From Candidatus Dormiibacterota bacterium (GTDB lineage Bacteria; Chloroflexota; Dormibacteria; Aeolococcales; Aeolococcaceae), in assembly GCA_003131685.1 (NCBI GenBank), contig PKWB01000036.1, positions 3,846 to 38,530 of the forward strand: DNA of 34,685 bases, written 5' to 3'. This document shows positions 27,134 through 34,685 of the stretch, in pieces (the first letter of the stretch is position 1; each line of letters starts with the position of its first letter). The position numbers and the translations under genes are program-made. The notes below the pieces were generated by a model. The model saw only the letters and a list, made by a program, of their open reading frames with translations. It was not told the origin of the DNA and ran no database searches.

Positions 27134-28668
27134 CCACACTGCGCGAACTGGCCCAGAAATTCGGCCTCGCGATCGAAGGGGGCGCGCCTCAGGAGCTGCG
27201 GACCCAGTGCGCTCCAGAAGAGTTCCTGGGCGCCGTCACAGCGCTCGCGGCCGAAGCTGTGCTTGCGGACCTTTTTGCCGTCACAGGCCGCGGCCAACCC
27301 TCGCTGACTGTTGTATTCGAGTTGGCGGGCGATGCTGAGTGGCTCGTGCTCCGCACCCAGCTGAGCGGCGATTCCTTCCCATCGCTGACACCCTCCACTC
27401 ACGTCGCGAGCTGGTATGAGCGCGAGATCCGCGAGATGCACGGTTTGAATCCGGTGGGACACCCGGCTCTGGCGCGACTGCGCCTGCACGACTGGCCCGT
27501 GGGTCAGCCGCCGATGCGCGCGGCGCTGGAACGCAGGCTCGACGTCGGGCCCGGCGTGCCGAGCCCGGTCCCGATAGTCCATGGGCAGGGCGTGTTCCAG
27601 CTGCCCCTCGGGCCGGTGCGAAGCGGTCCGCAGGAATCCGGTGAATTTCTCTTCAACAGCGGCGGGGAGGATCTCGTCGCGGTCAGTCAGTTGCTGGGCT
27701 TCAAGCTCCGTGTCGTCGAGCGTTTGGCGGAGGGGCGCACCGTCGATCAGGCGCTCATGCTCGCGGAGCGGCTCGCGGGTGTCTCCGCGTTCTCCAACGC
27801 GCTCGCGTTTGTGCAGGCAGTGGAACGGGCGATGGCAGTCGACGTCGGTGAGCAGTCCCGGGCGGCGCGGACCCTGATGAACGAGTTGGAACGCTTGCAC
27901 AATCACTTCGGCGATATCGCTCGTCTCGCTGACGCGACCGGGCTGATGGTCGCGGGTGCGCAGTACGCGTCCCTGAAAGAAGAAGTGCTGCGCCACTGTG
28001 CCGCCTTGACCCAGCATCGGTACCTGCGCGGAATCCTGGCTGTGGGAGGCCTGCAGGCGCCGCTCCCTGATGCTGCGTTGCACGCCCTGCGAAGGCGGCT
28101 CGCGGACTGGCTTCGGCGCAGCGAGCGGCTGGAGCGGCTGCTGGAGGACACGGCAGTCTTCGTCGACCGTGTGGAAACCACCGGCGTGCTCACCAAGGAG
28201 TACGCGGCACCACACAACCTGGTGGGCCCGATCGGACGCTCCACCGGGGCGGACAGGGATTGTCGCCGCGATCATCCGTATGCGGGATACGACCGGGTGA
28301 CTTTCGACGTGCTCGTCAAATCGCAGGGCGACGCGCTGGCGCGTCTCAGCGTCCGTCTGTTCGAGATCCGACAATCGATCCGGATCATCGAGCAGGTTTT
28401 GGAGGCATGGCCGGGATCGGACGTGGCGGCGTCAGTGAGCGCGCCCGCCACCGGGGAGGCGCTCGGATGGTCCGAGGGCGCCGGCGGCGAGACCCTGCAC
28501 TCGGTGGCGCTGACCGCCGATGGGCGGATCGCGCGCTGGCGCGCCCGCCCTCCTGCGTTCGTCAACTGGCATCCGTACGCAGAGGCATGTGCGAGCGGCA
28601 ACAACCTGACCGATTACCCGGTAATCGAGGCGAGCTTCGGGCTTTCGCATGCGGAGTTCGACCGGTGA
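27130..28668 (+). CDS. Ehr large subunit (NuoC+NuoD/HycE-like) lacking Ni-binding cysteines
   Basis: WYEREIREMHG (NuoC-like), ELERLHNH, GPIGRSTG, GDALAR. The L1 site reads ERLAGVS and the L2 site SFGLSHAEFDR (no CxxC). Start ATG 27130. Confidence 0.9.
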   Translation: MTTLRELAQKFGLAIEGGAPQELRTQCAPEEFLGAVTALAAEAVLADLFAVTGRGQPSLTVVFELAGDAEWLVLRTQLSGDSFPSLTPSTHVASWYEREIREMHGLNPVGHPALARLRLHDWPVGQPPMRAALERRLDVGPGVPSPVPIVHGQGVFQLPLGPVRSGPQESGEFLFNSGGEDLVAVSQLLGFKLRVVERLAEGRTVDQALMLAERLAGVSAFSNALAFVQAVERAMAVDVGEQSRAARTLMNELERLHNHFGDIARLADATGLMVAGAQYASLKEEVLRHCAALTQHRYLRGILAVGGLQAPLPDAALHALRRRLADWLRRSERLERLLEDTAVFVDRVETTGVLTKEYAAPHNLVGPIGRSTGADRDCRRDHPYAGYDRVTFDVLVKSQGDALARLSVRLFEIRQSIRIIEQVLEAWPGSDVAASVSAPATGEALGWSEGAGGETLHSVALTADGRIARWRARPPAFVNWHPYAEACASGNNLTDYPVIEASFGLSHAEFDR

Positions 28669-29501
28669 GCCGCTGGATTGCGCTGGGGATCCGCACGGGT
28701 GTCCGGAGCACACGCTATCCCTCGCGTCCCGATCCCGAAGCCGAGATCGCTCCGTCGGCTGTGACCGTGGACATCGCGGCGTTGTCAGCGGTGCAGGCTC
28801 TGGAGGCGGCTGACATGTGCCCGACGACCGCGATCACCGCGGCGGGTGACCGCGACAAGGGCAGCATCGCATTCGATGCCGGCCAATGCGTGATGTGCGG
28901 TCGGTGCGTGCGCGCCTTTCCGGCCGCATTCTCGTATGGTCACGGTCCGGAAGTTGCGGTTCACTCAAGGGAGGCCCTTCGGGTCGCCGCGCACTGGGCC
29001 GACGGCTCTGGTCCCGCGGTCGACGAGACGGCCGTGACCGACGAGTTGCAACGGCGTTCCCAGGCCCTCTTTCGGCGTTCTCTTCACATCCGGCATGTGG
29101 ACGCCGGATCGTGCAACGGGTGTGAGTCCGAACTGCAGCTCCTCGGCAGCCCGCAGTACGACCTTAACCGGCTGGGGCTCTTCTTCACGCCGACGCCTCG
29201 CCACGCCGACGCGCTGCTCGTGACGGGCGTGGTGACGCGGCAGATGGAACAGCCCCTCAAGGACACGTACGAGGCGATGCCCAGTCCAAAGCTTGTCGTG
29301 GCAGCGGGCGTCTGCGCCGTCGGCGGTGGAGCTTTCGAGGGTGGGTTCATGGTCCGCGGACCGCTCGACCGGATCCTCCCCGTCGACGTCTATGTCCCCG
29401 GGTGTCCGCCGACGCCGCTCGCTCTGCTCCATGGGCTCCTGCTCGCCGTCGGACGCGCTGAAGAACGCTATCGCCCAGGTGGAGGCCCCCATGGCGCTTA
29501 G
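28665..29501 (+). CDS. Ehr small subunit (NuoB/HycG-like) with N-terminal ferredoxin (HycF/NuoI-like) domain
   Basis: GSCNGCE, PRHAD, GVCA, PGCPP; N-terminal MCP..CVMCGRC. Start GTG 28665. Confidence 0.9.
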   Translation: MSRWIALGIRTGVRSTRYPSRPDPEAEIAPSAVTVDIAALSAVQALEAADMCPTTAITAAGDRDKGSIAFDAGQCVMCGRCVRAFPAAFSYGHGPEVAVHSREALRVAAHWADGSGPAVDETAVTDELQRRSQALFRRSLHIRHVDAGSCNGCESELQLLGSPQYDLNRLGLFFTPTPRHADALLVTGVVTRQMEQPLKDTYEAMPSPKLVVAAGVCAVGGGAFEGGFMVRGPLDRILPVDVYVPGCPPTPLALLHGLLLAVGRAEERYRPGGGPHGA

Positions 29502-31578
29502 CCTGCTGTGGTACGGACTTGGCTGCCTCGGGATCGGCGTTGTCGGCGCTCTGGCCGTCCTGCGGCTGCCGTGGTTCATCTACGTCTCAGCCGCGGCCGG
29601 CGCCGTCGGGTGCGCCGTGCTCGCGTCCGCGGCGGGAGTGTGGCTGACCGGTGCGAGCGTCACGGCCAAGCTGCCCGCGAGCACGCCCATCGGTGCGTTC
29701 GAACTTCGCTCATCAACGCTCGGCGGCTTGTTCCTCCTCCTGATCGGGCTGGTCGGGATCGGCATCTTCGTGTACAGCGCCGCATACACCGCGCGACTCG
29801 GCGGGTATCCGCGGCAAGCGGCGAGTCTTGCGCTCCTCAATCTGACCTTCGCCGCCATGGTCATCGTGGTCGCCGCAGGCACCGCGCTCACGCTGCTCCT
29901 TGCGTGGGAGGCGATGTCCATCCTCACCTACGTCCTCGTCACGGTCGAGTTCGATCACCCGGGCCGACCTCAGGCAGCCTTTCTCATGCTCGCGCTGAGC
30001 GAGGTGGGCTTCGTGCTCATGGCCGTCGCTTTCGCGCTCATCGGCGCGCTCGCCCCGGGAGTGGATTTCGCCTCGGTCTCGGCCCATCACCTCACAGCGG
30101 CAACTGCGGGAACGGCATTTGTGCTCTTCTTCTTCGGCTTCGGTGCGAAGGCGGGGTTGGTGCCCCTGCAGGGCTGGCTCCCCGAGGCCCATCCCGCGGC
30201 TCCATCACACGTGTCGGCGCTGCTCTCAGCCGTGGTGGTGAAGATGGCGATCTACGGTCTCGTCCTCTCGGCCACCGTGCTGCTCGGCCCTCCGGCCTCG
30301 TGGTGGGGATACCTCGCCATCGCCGCGGGGGTGGTCACCGCTGCCTATGGGATTCTCTTCTCCTTGCTGGCATCGGACCTCAAACGGGCGCTTGCCTACA
30401 GCACGATCGAGAACCTCGGGTTCATGATCGCCATGCTCGGGGTCGCTTTGGTCTTCGCCGCTGCGGGACAGACTCTGCTTGCGGGCATGGCATTGCTGGT
30501 GGTCTGCTTGCACGCTCTGTATCACTCCCTCTTGAAGGGGGCGCTGTTCTTGGGCGCGGGCTCTGTCGATGTCGCCACCGGCATCCGCGACATGGACCAG
30601 CTGGGCGGACTCGCGAAGCGGATGCGGTGGACGACGCCACTCTTCTTCATCGGCGCCATGGGTCTCGCCGGCATCCCGCCGCTGAACGGCTTCCAGAGCG
30701 AGTGGCTCGGGCTGCAAACGCTGATCCGCGCCCACGACCTTGTCAACCCTGGAGATCGTGTGTACCTTGCGGCGGCCGGCACGGTGTTGACGCTCACGTT
30801 TGCGCTTGCGGTCACCACGTACGTCCGCATCGTTGGCGGAGCGTTCCTCGGCGCCCCGCGCACGCATTTCGCCAAGGAGGCGCGCGAGGTGCCGCGCGCC
30901 ATGGTGGTGGGGATGGCAATTCCGATCGTCGCAGCTGTGGCGATGGCGTTGGTGCCGCCGCTCGGGATCGGTGCAGCAGCGGCAGCCGCCCAGAGCGCAA
31001 GTGGAGCGCACGGGCTGTTGGACGCAGTGCTTCCACCGATCTTCACGCACCCGGACCAATTCGCCCCCGTGGTGCAGCTGGGTGGGTCGTTCCTCAGCCA
31101 GATCATTCCAGCAAACGGTCTGGTGATCGTCCCAACCAGCCTCAACTTCGCCTTCATCTCCCCGACCTACATCTTCCTCACGTTCGTCTTCGTGATCCTG
31201 GTCACGGCAGCCGTGTTGCGCATGCTATGCAAGCCGGGACGCCGCGAAACGCCAGTGTGGGTAGGGGCGGTGGCACAGCGCACGCCAACGATGCAGTACA
31301 CGGCGACCGCGTTTACCAACCCGTTCCGGTCGATCTTCGGAGGCGTCTACCGATCGCAACGCGAGGTCGAAGCGGACTACCAACAGGCGCCATTCTTCAT
31401 CCGAGGCATTCGCTACACACATCGCTTTGTCGAGCCCGTCGACACCTATATCTACCAGCCCGTGGTGCGCGCTGCACGGTGGATGTCTGATCGGTTTGCG
31501 TTTGTACAAGGGGGCAGTCTCAGTGTGTACGTGCTCTATCTCTTCGTGGTGTTCCTGATCGTTTTGCTGCTGCGTTAA
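29491..31578 (+). CDS. hyfB: Ehr/Hyf antiporter-like subunit HyfB/HycC
   Basis: GGAGG SD; AWEAMS, KAGLVPLQGWLPEAHPAAPSHVSALLS, LAYSTIEN, PPLNGFQSEW, MQYTATAF. Confidence 0.92.
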   Translation: MALSLLWYGLGCLGIGVVGALAVLRLPWFIYVSAAAGAVGCAVLASAAGVWLTGASVTAKLPASTPIGAFELRSSTLGGLFLLLIGLVGIGIFVYSAAYTARLGGYPRQAASLALLNLTFAAMVIVVAAGTALTLLLAWEAMSILTYVLVTVEFDHPGRPQAAFLMLALSEVGFVLMAVAFALIGALAPGVDFASVSAHHLTAATAGTAFVLFFFGFGAKAGLVPLQGWLPEAHPAAPSHVSALLSAVVVKMAIYGLVLSATVLLGPPASWWGYLAIAAGVVTAAYGILFSLLASDLKRALAYSTIENLGFMIAMLGVALVFAAAGQTLLAGMALLVVCLHALYHSLLKGALFLGAGSVDVATGIRDMDQLGGLAKRMRWTTPLFFIGAMGLAGIPPLNGFQSEWLGLQTLIRAHDLVNPGDRVYLAAAGTVLTLTFALAVTTYVRIVGGAFLGAPRTHFAKEAREVPRAMVVGMAIPIVAAVAMALVPPLGIGAAAAAAQSASGAHGLLDAVLPPIFTHPDQFAPVVQLGGSFLSQIIPANGLVIVPTSLNFAFISPTYIFLTFVFVILVTAAVLRMLCKPGRRETPVWVGAVAQRTPTMQYTATAFTNPFRSIFGGVYRSQREVEADYQQAPFFIRGIRYTHRFVEPVDTYIYQPVVRAARWMSDRFAFVQGGSLSVYVLYLFVVFLIVLLLR

Positions 31579-31701
31579 GCCCGTGCTCATCGCGATGCAG
31601 TCGATCGAACGAGCGCCAGCCATCCTCGCCGTGGCCACCCTCAGGGTCGCCAATTCGACATCCACCCCTGTGAAATCGAGGTACTCACAACCGGTGGCAG
31701 C

Positions 31702-33342
31702 TCAGCCTCCACGCAACGAGTGGCGAACGGACTCGACCCGGGCCCGAACATCGCTGGAATCAGCGATGGTCGCTTCGTGCCGTTCCGCCGCAAGCTCGGC
31801 CCGGGCAACCGCGCCGGCCAAGGCCTCACTGAGCCCGCGGGAGGATCGTTCCGCCTCGCGGATCCATGCACGAGCCGTCCGATCGACGCTTTGCAACGCC
31901 GCGTAGCGCAGCCGACCGGCAAGGCGGTCGGAGTCCTCGACCGCGCGTTGTTTGCGAGCTCGCTCCCGCCACCTCCTACCGACACCGCCGGGGACGCGAG
32001 CCCGGACCTGGCGTAGACCCATGGCCAGCGCACCCGGGTCATCCGCCAAGTCCACCCTGACGGCGTCCACGTTGACACGAGGTGAGACGTCGAACCCAGT
32101 GGGGAGAATCACGCCGTAGGCCTGACCGACCTCCGCGACAAAGCGCGTGGCCAGCTGCTGTACCCGCGCCGTATGCCGGTCGACCGGGCCACGCATTGCT
32201 GCAATGAGCGCTTCGCCCACCTCACGCCGCCACGAACCGGCGGCAGCTGCGGTTTGATCCGACCATGCAGCATCTGTCGCCGCGATCAGCCGAGGAGGTA
32301 GCGCTTCGCGCAGTTCGTGCGCTCTCGGCTCGATGACCGTGTCCGTCGCGCGCCGGCATGCTGCGAGGAGCAGCGCCGACTCCTCGTCGACTGCGACTGC
32401 GAGCGTGGCTTGCGCGGCTGCGAACGCCGTGCGCGCCGCCACTGCATCTCGTGCCGGCTTGGCTGCCGCCGCCGCTTCGAGTTGGAGCGTTGCGTCGACG
32501 AGCGACAACAGTGTCGTGGCAACGCGGACGCCACGCTCCTCCGAGAGGTTGGTCTGAGCAGCGGCGACATCGGTTTTTAGCCAGGCCGTCAGCGCTCCCA
32601 GACCGGTATCCCCACCTCCGCCGCGCGCTGATACGGCGAACACGGTGACATCCGACGTGCTGCACGGCTCCGCCACCCGGGCACGTACGAATTCAACCGC
32701 CTCCCGCGTCTCGCTCGGCGTCAGCCGATCGACCTTGTTGAGGCAGACGGCGATACGCGCGGCTGTGCGTGCCACGTCTCCGAGCAGTCGTGCTTCCGAG
32801 TCGGAGAGCGGGGCGTCCACGCTCAAGACGAGCAGCGCGACATCGACTCGAGGCAGAAAGTCAATTGCAGCCTGGGTGTTGTGGAGGTGGACACTGCCGG
32901 TGCCAGGCGTATCCACGAATATCAGGCCGCTCTCGAGCACCGCGGCCGGAAACTCGATGATCGCCTCGCGCACACCCTTACGGTTTCCCGGGTTCTCCTG
33001 CTCCGTGAGGTAGCCGTGTAGCCCCGCGATGTCGCTCGCCTCCTCCGAGCCGTCCAGGAGGCGGACCACTACTCGTGGCCGCATGCCGAAGCGCACCAGT
33101 GCCGGGACCGCAGTCACCGGGAGCACTCCCGTCGGCAGCAGCTCCGCACCGAGGAGTGCGTTGATGAGCGTCGTCTTGCCACGGTTGAACTCGCCGATCA
33201 CGGCGACATACAGGCCGCTCCCGGCGAGCTTGTCGGCTGCCTCCTCGGCAAGCTGCCGCTGCGCAATCGGCAGCAGTTCCAGCGATGCGAGCGTCCGGAG
33301 CCCCGCTTCGAGGGAGGCTCCGGCGGTGTGCGTGTCTCTCAC
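31702..33342 (-). CDS. Bacterial dynamin-like GTPase
   Basis: G1 GEFNRGKTT, G2 GVLPVT, G3 DTPG, G4 NKVD; helical Ala-rich C-terminal stalk. Confidence 0.9.
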   Translation of the reverse strand: MRDTHTAGASLEAGLRTLASLELLPIAQRQLAEEAADKLAGSGLYVAVIGEFNRGKTTLINALLGAELLPTGVLPVTAVPALVRFGMRPRVVVRLLDGSEEASDIAGLHGYLTEQENPGNRKGVREAIIEFPAAVLESGLIFVDTPGTGSVHLHNTQAAIDFLPRVDVALLVLSVDAPLSDSEARLLGDVARTAARIAVCLNKVDRLTPSETREAVEFVRARVAEPCSTSDVTVFAVSARGGGGDTGLGALTAWLKTDVAAAQTNLSEERGVRVATTLLSLVDATLQLEAAAAAKPARDAVAARTAFAAAQATLAVAVDEESALLLAACRRATDTVIEPRAHELREALPPRLIAATDAAWSDQTAAAAGSWRREVGEALIAAMRGPVDRHTARVQQLATRFVAEVGQAYGVILPTGFDVSPRVNVDAVRVDLADDPGALAMGLRQVRARVPGGVGRRWRERARKQRAVEDSDRLAGRLRYAALQSVDRTARAWIREAERSSRGLSEALAGAVARAELAAERHEATIADSSDVRARVESVRHSLRGG

Positions 33343-33346
33343 ACCG

Positions 33347-33400
33347 TCACAGCGCCAATTTCGCGCGATCCCCGATGGGGAGGGCTCGACAACTACCCAT
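33347..33400 (-). CDS. Putative 17-aa leader ORF (MGSCRALPIGDRAKLAL)
   Basis: ATG follows the hairpin-sequestered AGGAG; the stop is 4 nt before the dynamin GTG. Confidence 0.4.
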   Translation of the reverse strand: MGSCRALPIGDRAKLAL

Positions 33401-33404
33401 GCGT

Positions 33405-33473
33405 CTCCTACCAGTGACGCGGCTGGTAGGGCCCATCAGGCTCGCACGGCCATTGACGGCGGGACCCATCACC
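33405..33473 (-). ncRNA. Fluoride riboswitch RS3 with expression platform
   Basis: Minus strand GGTGATGGGTCCCGCC..CTGATGGGCCCTAC. CCTACCAG/CTGGTAGG hairpin overlaps AGGAG. TGtTATTCT -10 near 33497-33505. Confidence 0.85.
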
Positions 33474-33552
33474 GGGTCGCACTTCGCGGCGATCTCAGAA
33501 TAACACCGGCCGCCGCTCATGCAGGGCCGGCAGCGAGAGTACACTCAGACCC

Positions 33553-33618
33553 GGCGATGAGGCCCGCCTAAGCCGGGGTCCGGATGATGGCTTCTACCCA
33601 TGTCGATGCTGGGAGAAG
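33553..33618 (+). ncRNA. Fluoride riboswitch RS4 with expression platform
   Basis: GGCGATGAGGCCCGCC..ATGATGGCTTCTAC; pseudoknot GAGGC/GCTTC. CTTCT-a-CCCA/TGGG-AGAAG hairpin lies over the SD. -10 TACACT at 33540. Confidence 0.85.
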
Positions 33619-33622
33619 ACCA

Positions 33623-33649
33623 ATGCTGACACGCCACGGCCGTGCATGA
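33623..33649 (+). CDS. Putative 8-aa leader ORF (MLTRHGRA)
   Basis: ATG after GGGAG; the stop overlaps the USP start (GTGCATGA). Confidence 0.35.
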   Translation: MLTRHGRA

Positions 33650-34118
33650 GGTCATTGTCGTCTGCGTTGACGGCTCGCCCGGGGGCTATGCGGCCGTCGC
33701 CGAAGCCGCCGAACTCGCCTGCCGTTTCAACGCGCGACTGATCTCGCTCTCCGTCGAAGAGAAGCTACCAAAACATCCCGCCACCATGGGCGAGGTCGAC
33801 GAGTCCAAACGCGAGCAGGACTGGTACTTCGAAGGCGTCGAAGCGAAGGCCGCGGGGATCGCTCGCGAACATCACGCCACGCTGACATCTGAAGTGCGCA
33901 TGGGTTCTGCCGCGGAGGCGATCGTGCGTTTTGCCACCGAGGTCGGCGCAGATCTGGTCGTGCTCGGCTACAAGGAGCATTTCCGGATTCTCAATCTCGT
34001 GATGGGGACAACTGCCAGGAAGGTCAGCGCGGCAGCAAATGCGTCGGTGCTGATCGTCAAGACAGCGCGTGCAGACGTCGGGCGTCAACGTCTGCGTGAG
34101 TTGTACGGCTTGAAGTAG
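33642..34118 (+). CDS. Universal stress protein (UspA family)
   Basis: IVVCVDGS, GSAAEAIV..ADLVVLG, VMGTTARKV, SVLIVK. Confidence 0.92.
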   Translation: MHEVIVVCVDGSPGGYAAVAEAAELACRFNARLISLSVEEKLPKHPATMGEVDESKREQDWYFEGVEAKAAGIAREHHATLTSEVRMGSAAEAIVRFATEVGADLVVLGYKEHFRILNLVMGTTARKVSAAANASVLIVKTARADVGRQRLRELYGLK

Positions 34119-34136
34119 CTACGGGGACACGTCGAC

Positions 34137-34152
34137 TGGTACTATTAGTACC
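34137..34152 (+). promoter_or_regulatory. Extended -10 (TGGTACTAT) overlapped by a 15-bp palindrome
   Basis: GGTACTA-T-TAGTACC at 34138-34152, upstream of RS5 and the IclR gene. Confidence 0.6.
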
Positions 34153-34171
34153 GTCTCGCGTGTCGCGGTCC

Positions 34172-34236
34172 GGCGATGGGTCTCGCCGTGAAAGGCTTCG
34201 TGCCTGATGGGCCCTACCAGCTACCCCTGGTAGGAG
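34172..34236 (+). ncRNA. Fluoride riboswitch RS5 with expression platform
   Basis: GGCGATGGGTCTCGCC..CTGATGGGCCCTAC. CCTACCAG(34213-20) pairs with CTGGTAGG(34227-34), overlapping AGGAG. Confidence 0.88.
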
Positions 34237-34248
34237 AACCATCGAGCG

Positions 34249-34685
34249 GTGCCCAGACCGATTCAATCCATCGAACGAGCCTCGGCCGTCCTTCGATTGC
34301 TGTCGGGGCGCACCCGACGGCTCAGCCTCGCCGAGGTGGCGGGCGAGTTGGGCCTTCCCAAGGGCACCGTCTACGGGATCATGCGCACCCTTCTGTCGGT
34401 CGGCTTCGTCGAGCAGGATCCGGAGTCGGGCAAGTACCGGATGGGTGCAGCGCTCCTGCACCTCGGCAGCAGTTATCTTGACGGCAACGAGCTGCGCACC
34501 CGAGCGCTCAACTGGGCGGACTGGCTGGCCGCGCGTACCAACGAGAGCGTGCGTCTCGGCACCCTGCACGACGGTCAGGTGCTGCTCGTGCACCATGTGT
34601 TCCGCCCGGACAACAGCCCGCAGGTGCTCGAGGTGGGCGCGCTGCTGCCCATGCACGCGACGGCGATGGGCAAGGTGCTGCTCGC
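34249..34685 (+). CDS. gylR: IclR family regulator, GylR-like (glycerol operon regulator); 3'-truncated, absent from the ORF track
   Basis: Manual translation: VPRPIQSIERASAVLRLLSG..LSLAEVAGELGLPKGTVYGIMRTL..GFVEQD..HHVFRPDNSPQVLEVGALLPMHATAMGKVLL, closely resembling Streptomyces GylR as recalled. Confidence 0.85.
   Translation, partial: MPRPIQSIERASAVLRLLSGRTRRLSLAEVAGELGLPKGTVYGIMRTLLSVGFVEQDPESGKYRMGAALLHLGSSYLDGNELRTRALNWADWLAARTNESVRLGTLHDGQVLLVHHVFRPDNSPQVLEVGALLPMHATAMGKVLL

Noticed and set aside
26689-29490. N-terminal extensions in the ORF track (starts 26689, 28260, 29293; also 8340, 19158, 24747)
   Set aside because: They overlap upstream genes; coupled starts (ATGA/GTGA overlaps, SD or -10) give family-typical lengths.
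29508-31490. Long alternative-frame and antisense ORFs (29508-31490, 27094-28374, 20760-21830, 34057-34656)
   Set aside because: Arg/Pro-rich shadow ORFs of high-GC genes overlapping well-supported CDSs.
24067-31578. Functional group 4 [NiFe]-hydrogenase / formate hydrogenlyase
   Set aside because: Both Ni-ligating CxxC motifs are absent from the large subunit, and no hyp, protease or fdh genes are present.
33405-33430. Intrinsic terminators as riboswitch expression platforms
   Set aside because: The hairpins lack U-tracts and instead contain the SD, favouring translational control.

Overview
High-GC bacterial DNA (Actinomycetota- or Ca. Dormibacterota-like by gene content; the taxon cannot be fixed from sequence). 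It splits at a 3' fragment of tRNA-Ala(CGC) (20378-20425) that looks like the att scar of an integrated island. LEFT (1-20.3 kb) is accessory cargo, mostly small stand-alone genes: GNATs (one frameshifted), MacB-type and YtrA-type ABC systems, two beta-propeller surface proteins, GrpB, a BSD-like deaminase, two methyltransferases, NUDIX, TetR, Pip, HAD, a small HD hydrolase, VOC and a Zn-protease lipoprotein. A dispersed ~20-bp repeat (CAGGCCAGGRTCCGCCRATG) marks several gene boundaries, and many genes appear to have their own leaderless promoter, suggesting a cassette-like array with no attC or integrase visible. RIGHT (20.5-34.7 kb): all five transcription units are headed by a fluoride (crcB-type) riboswitch with covarying pseudoknots and SD-sequestering hairpins. 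The units are a tandem MutS-ATPase pair, a six-gene Ni-less Ehr/Hyf-like membrane complex, a dynamin-like GTPase, a USP and a GylR-like IclR regulator (truncated by the window). No Fluc or CLC-F exporter is in the window. This putative fluoride regulon is the main candidate system; the repeat-delimited array is the second. All calls are by eye from motifs; no searches were run.
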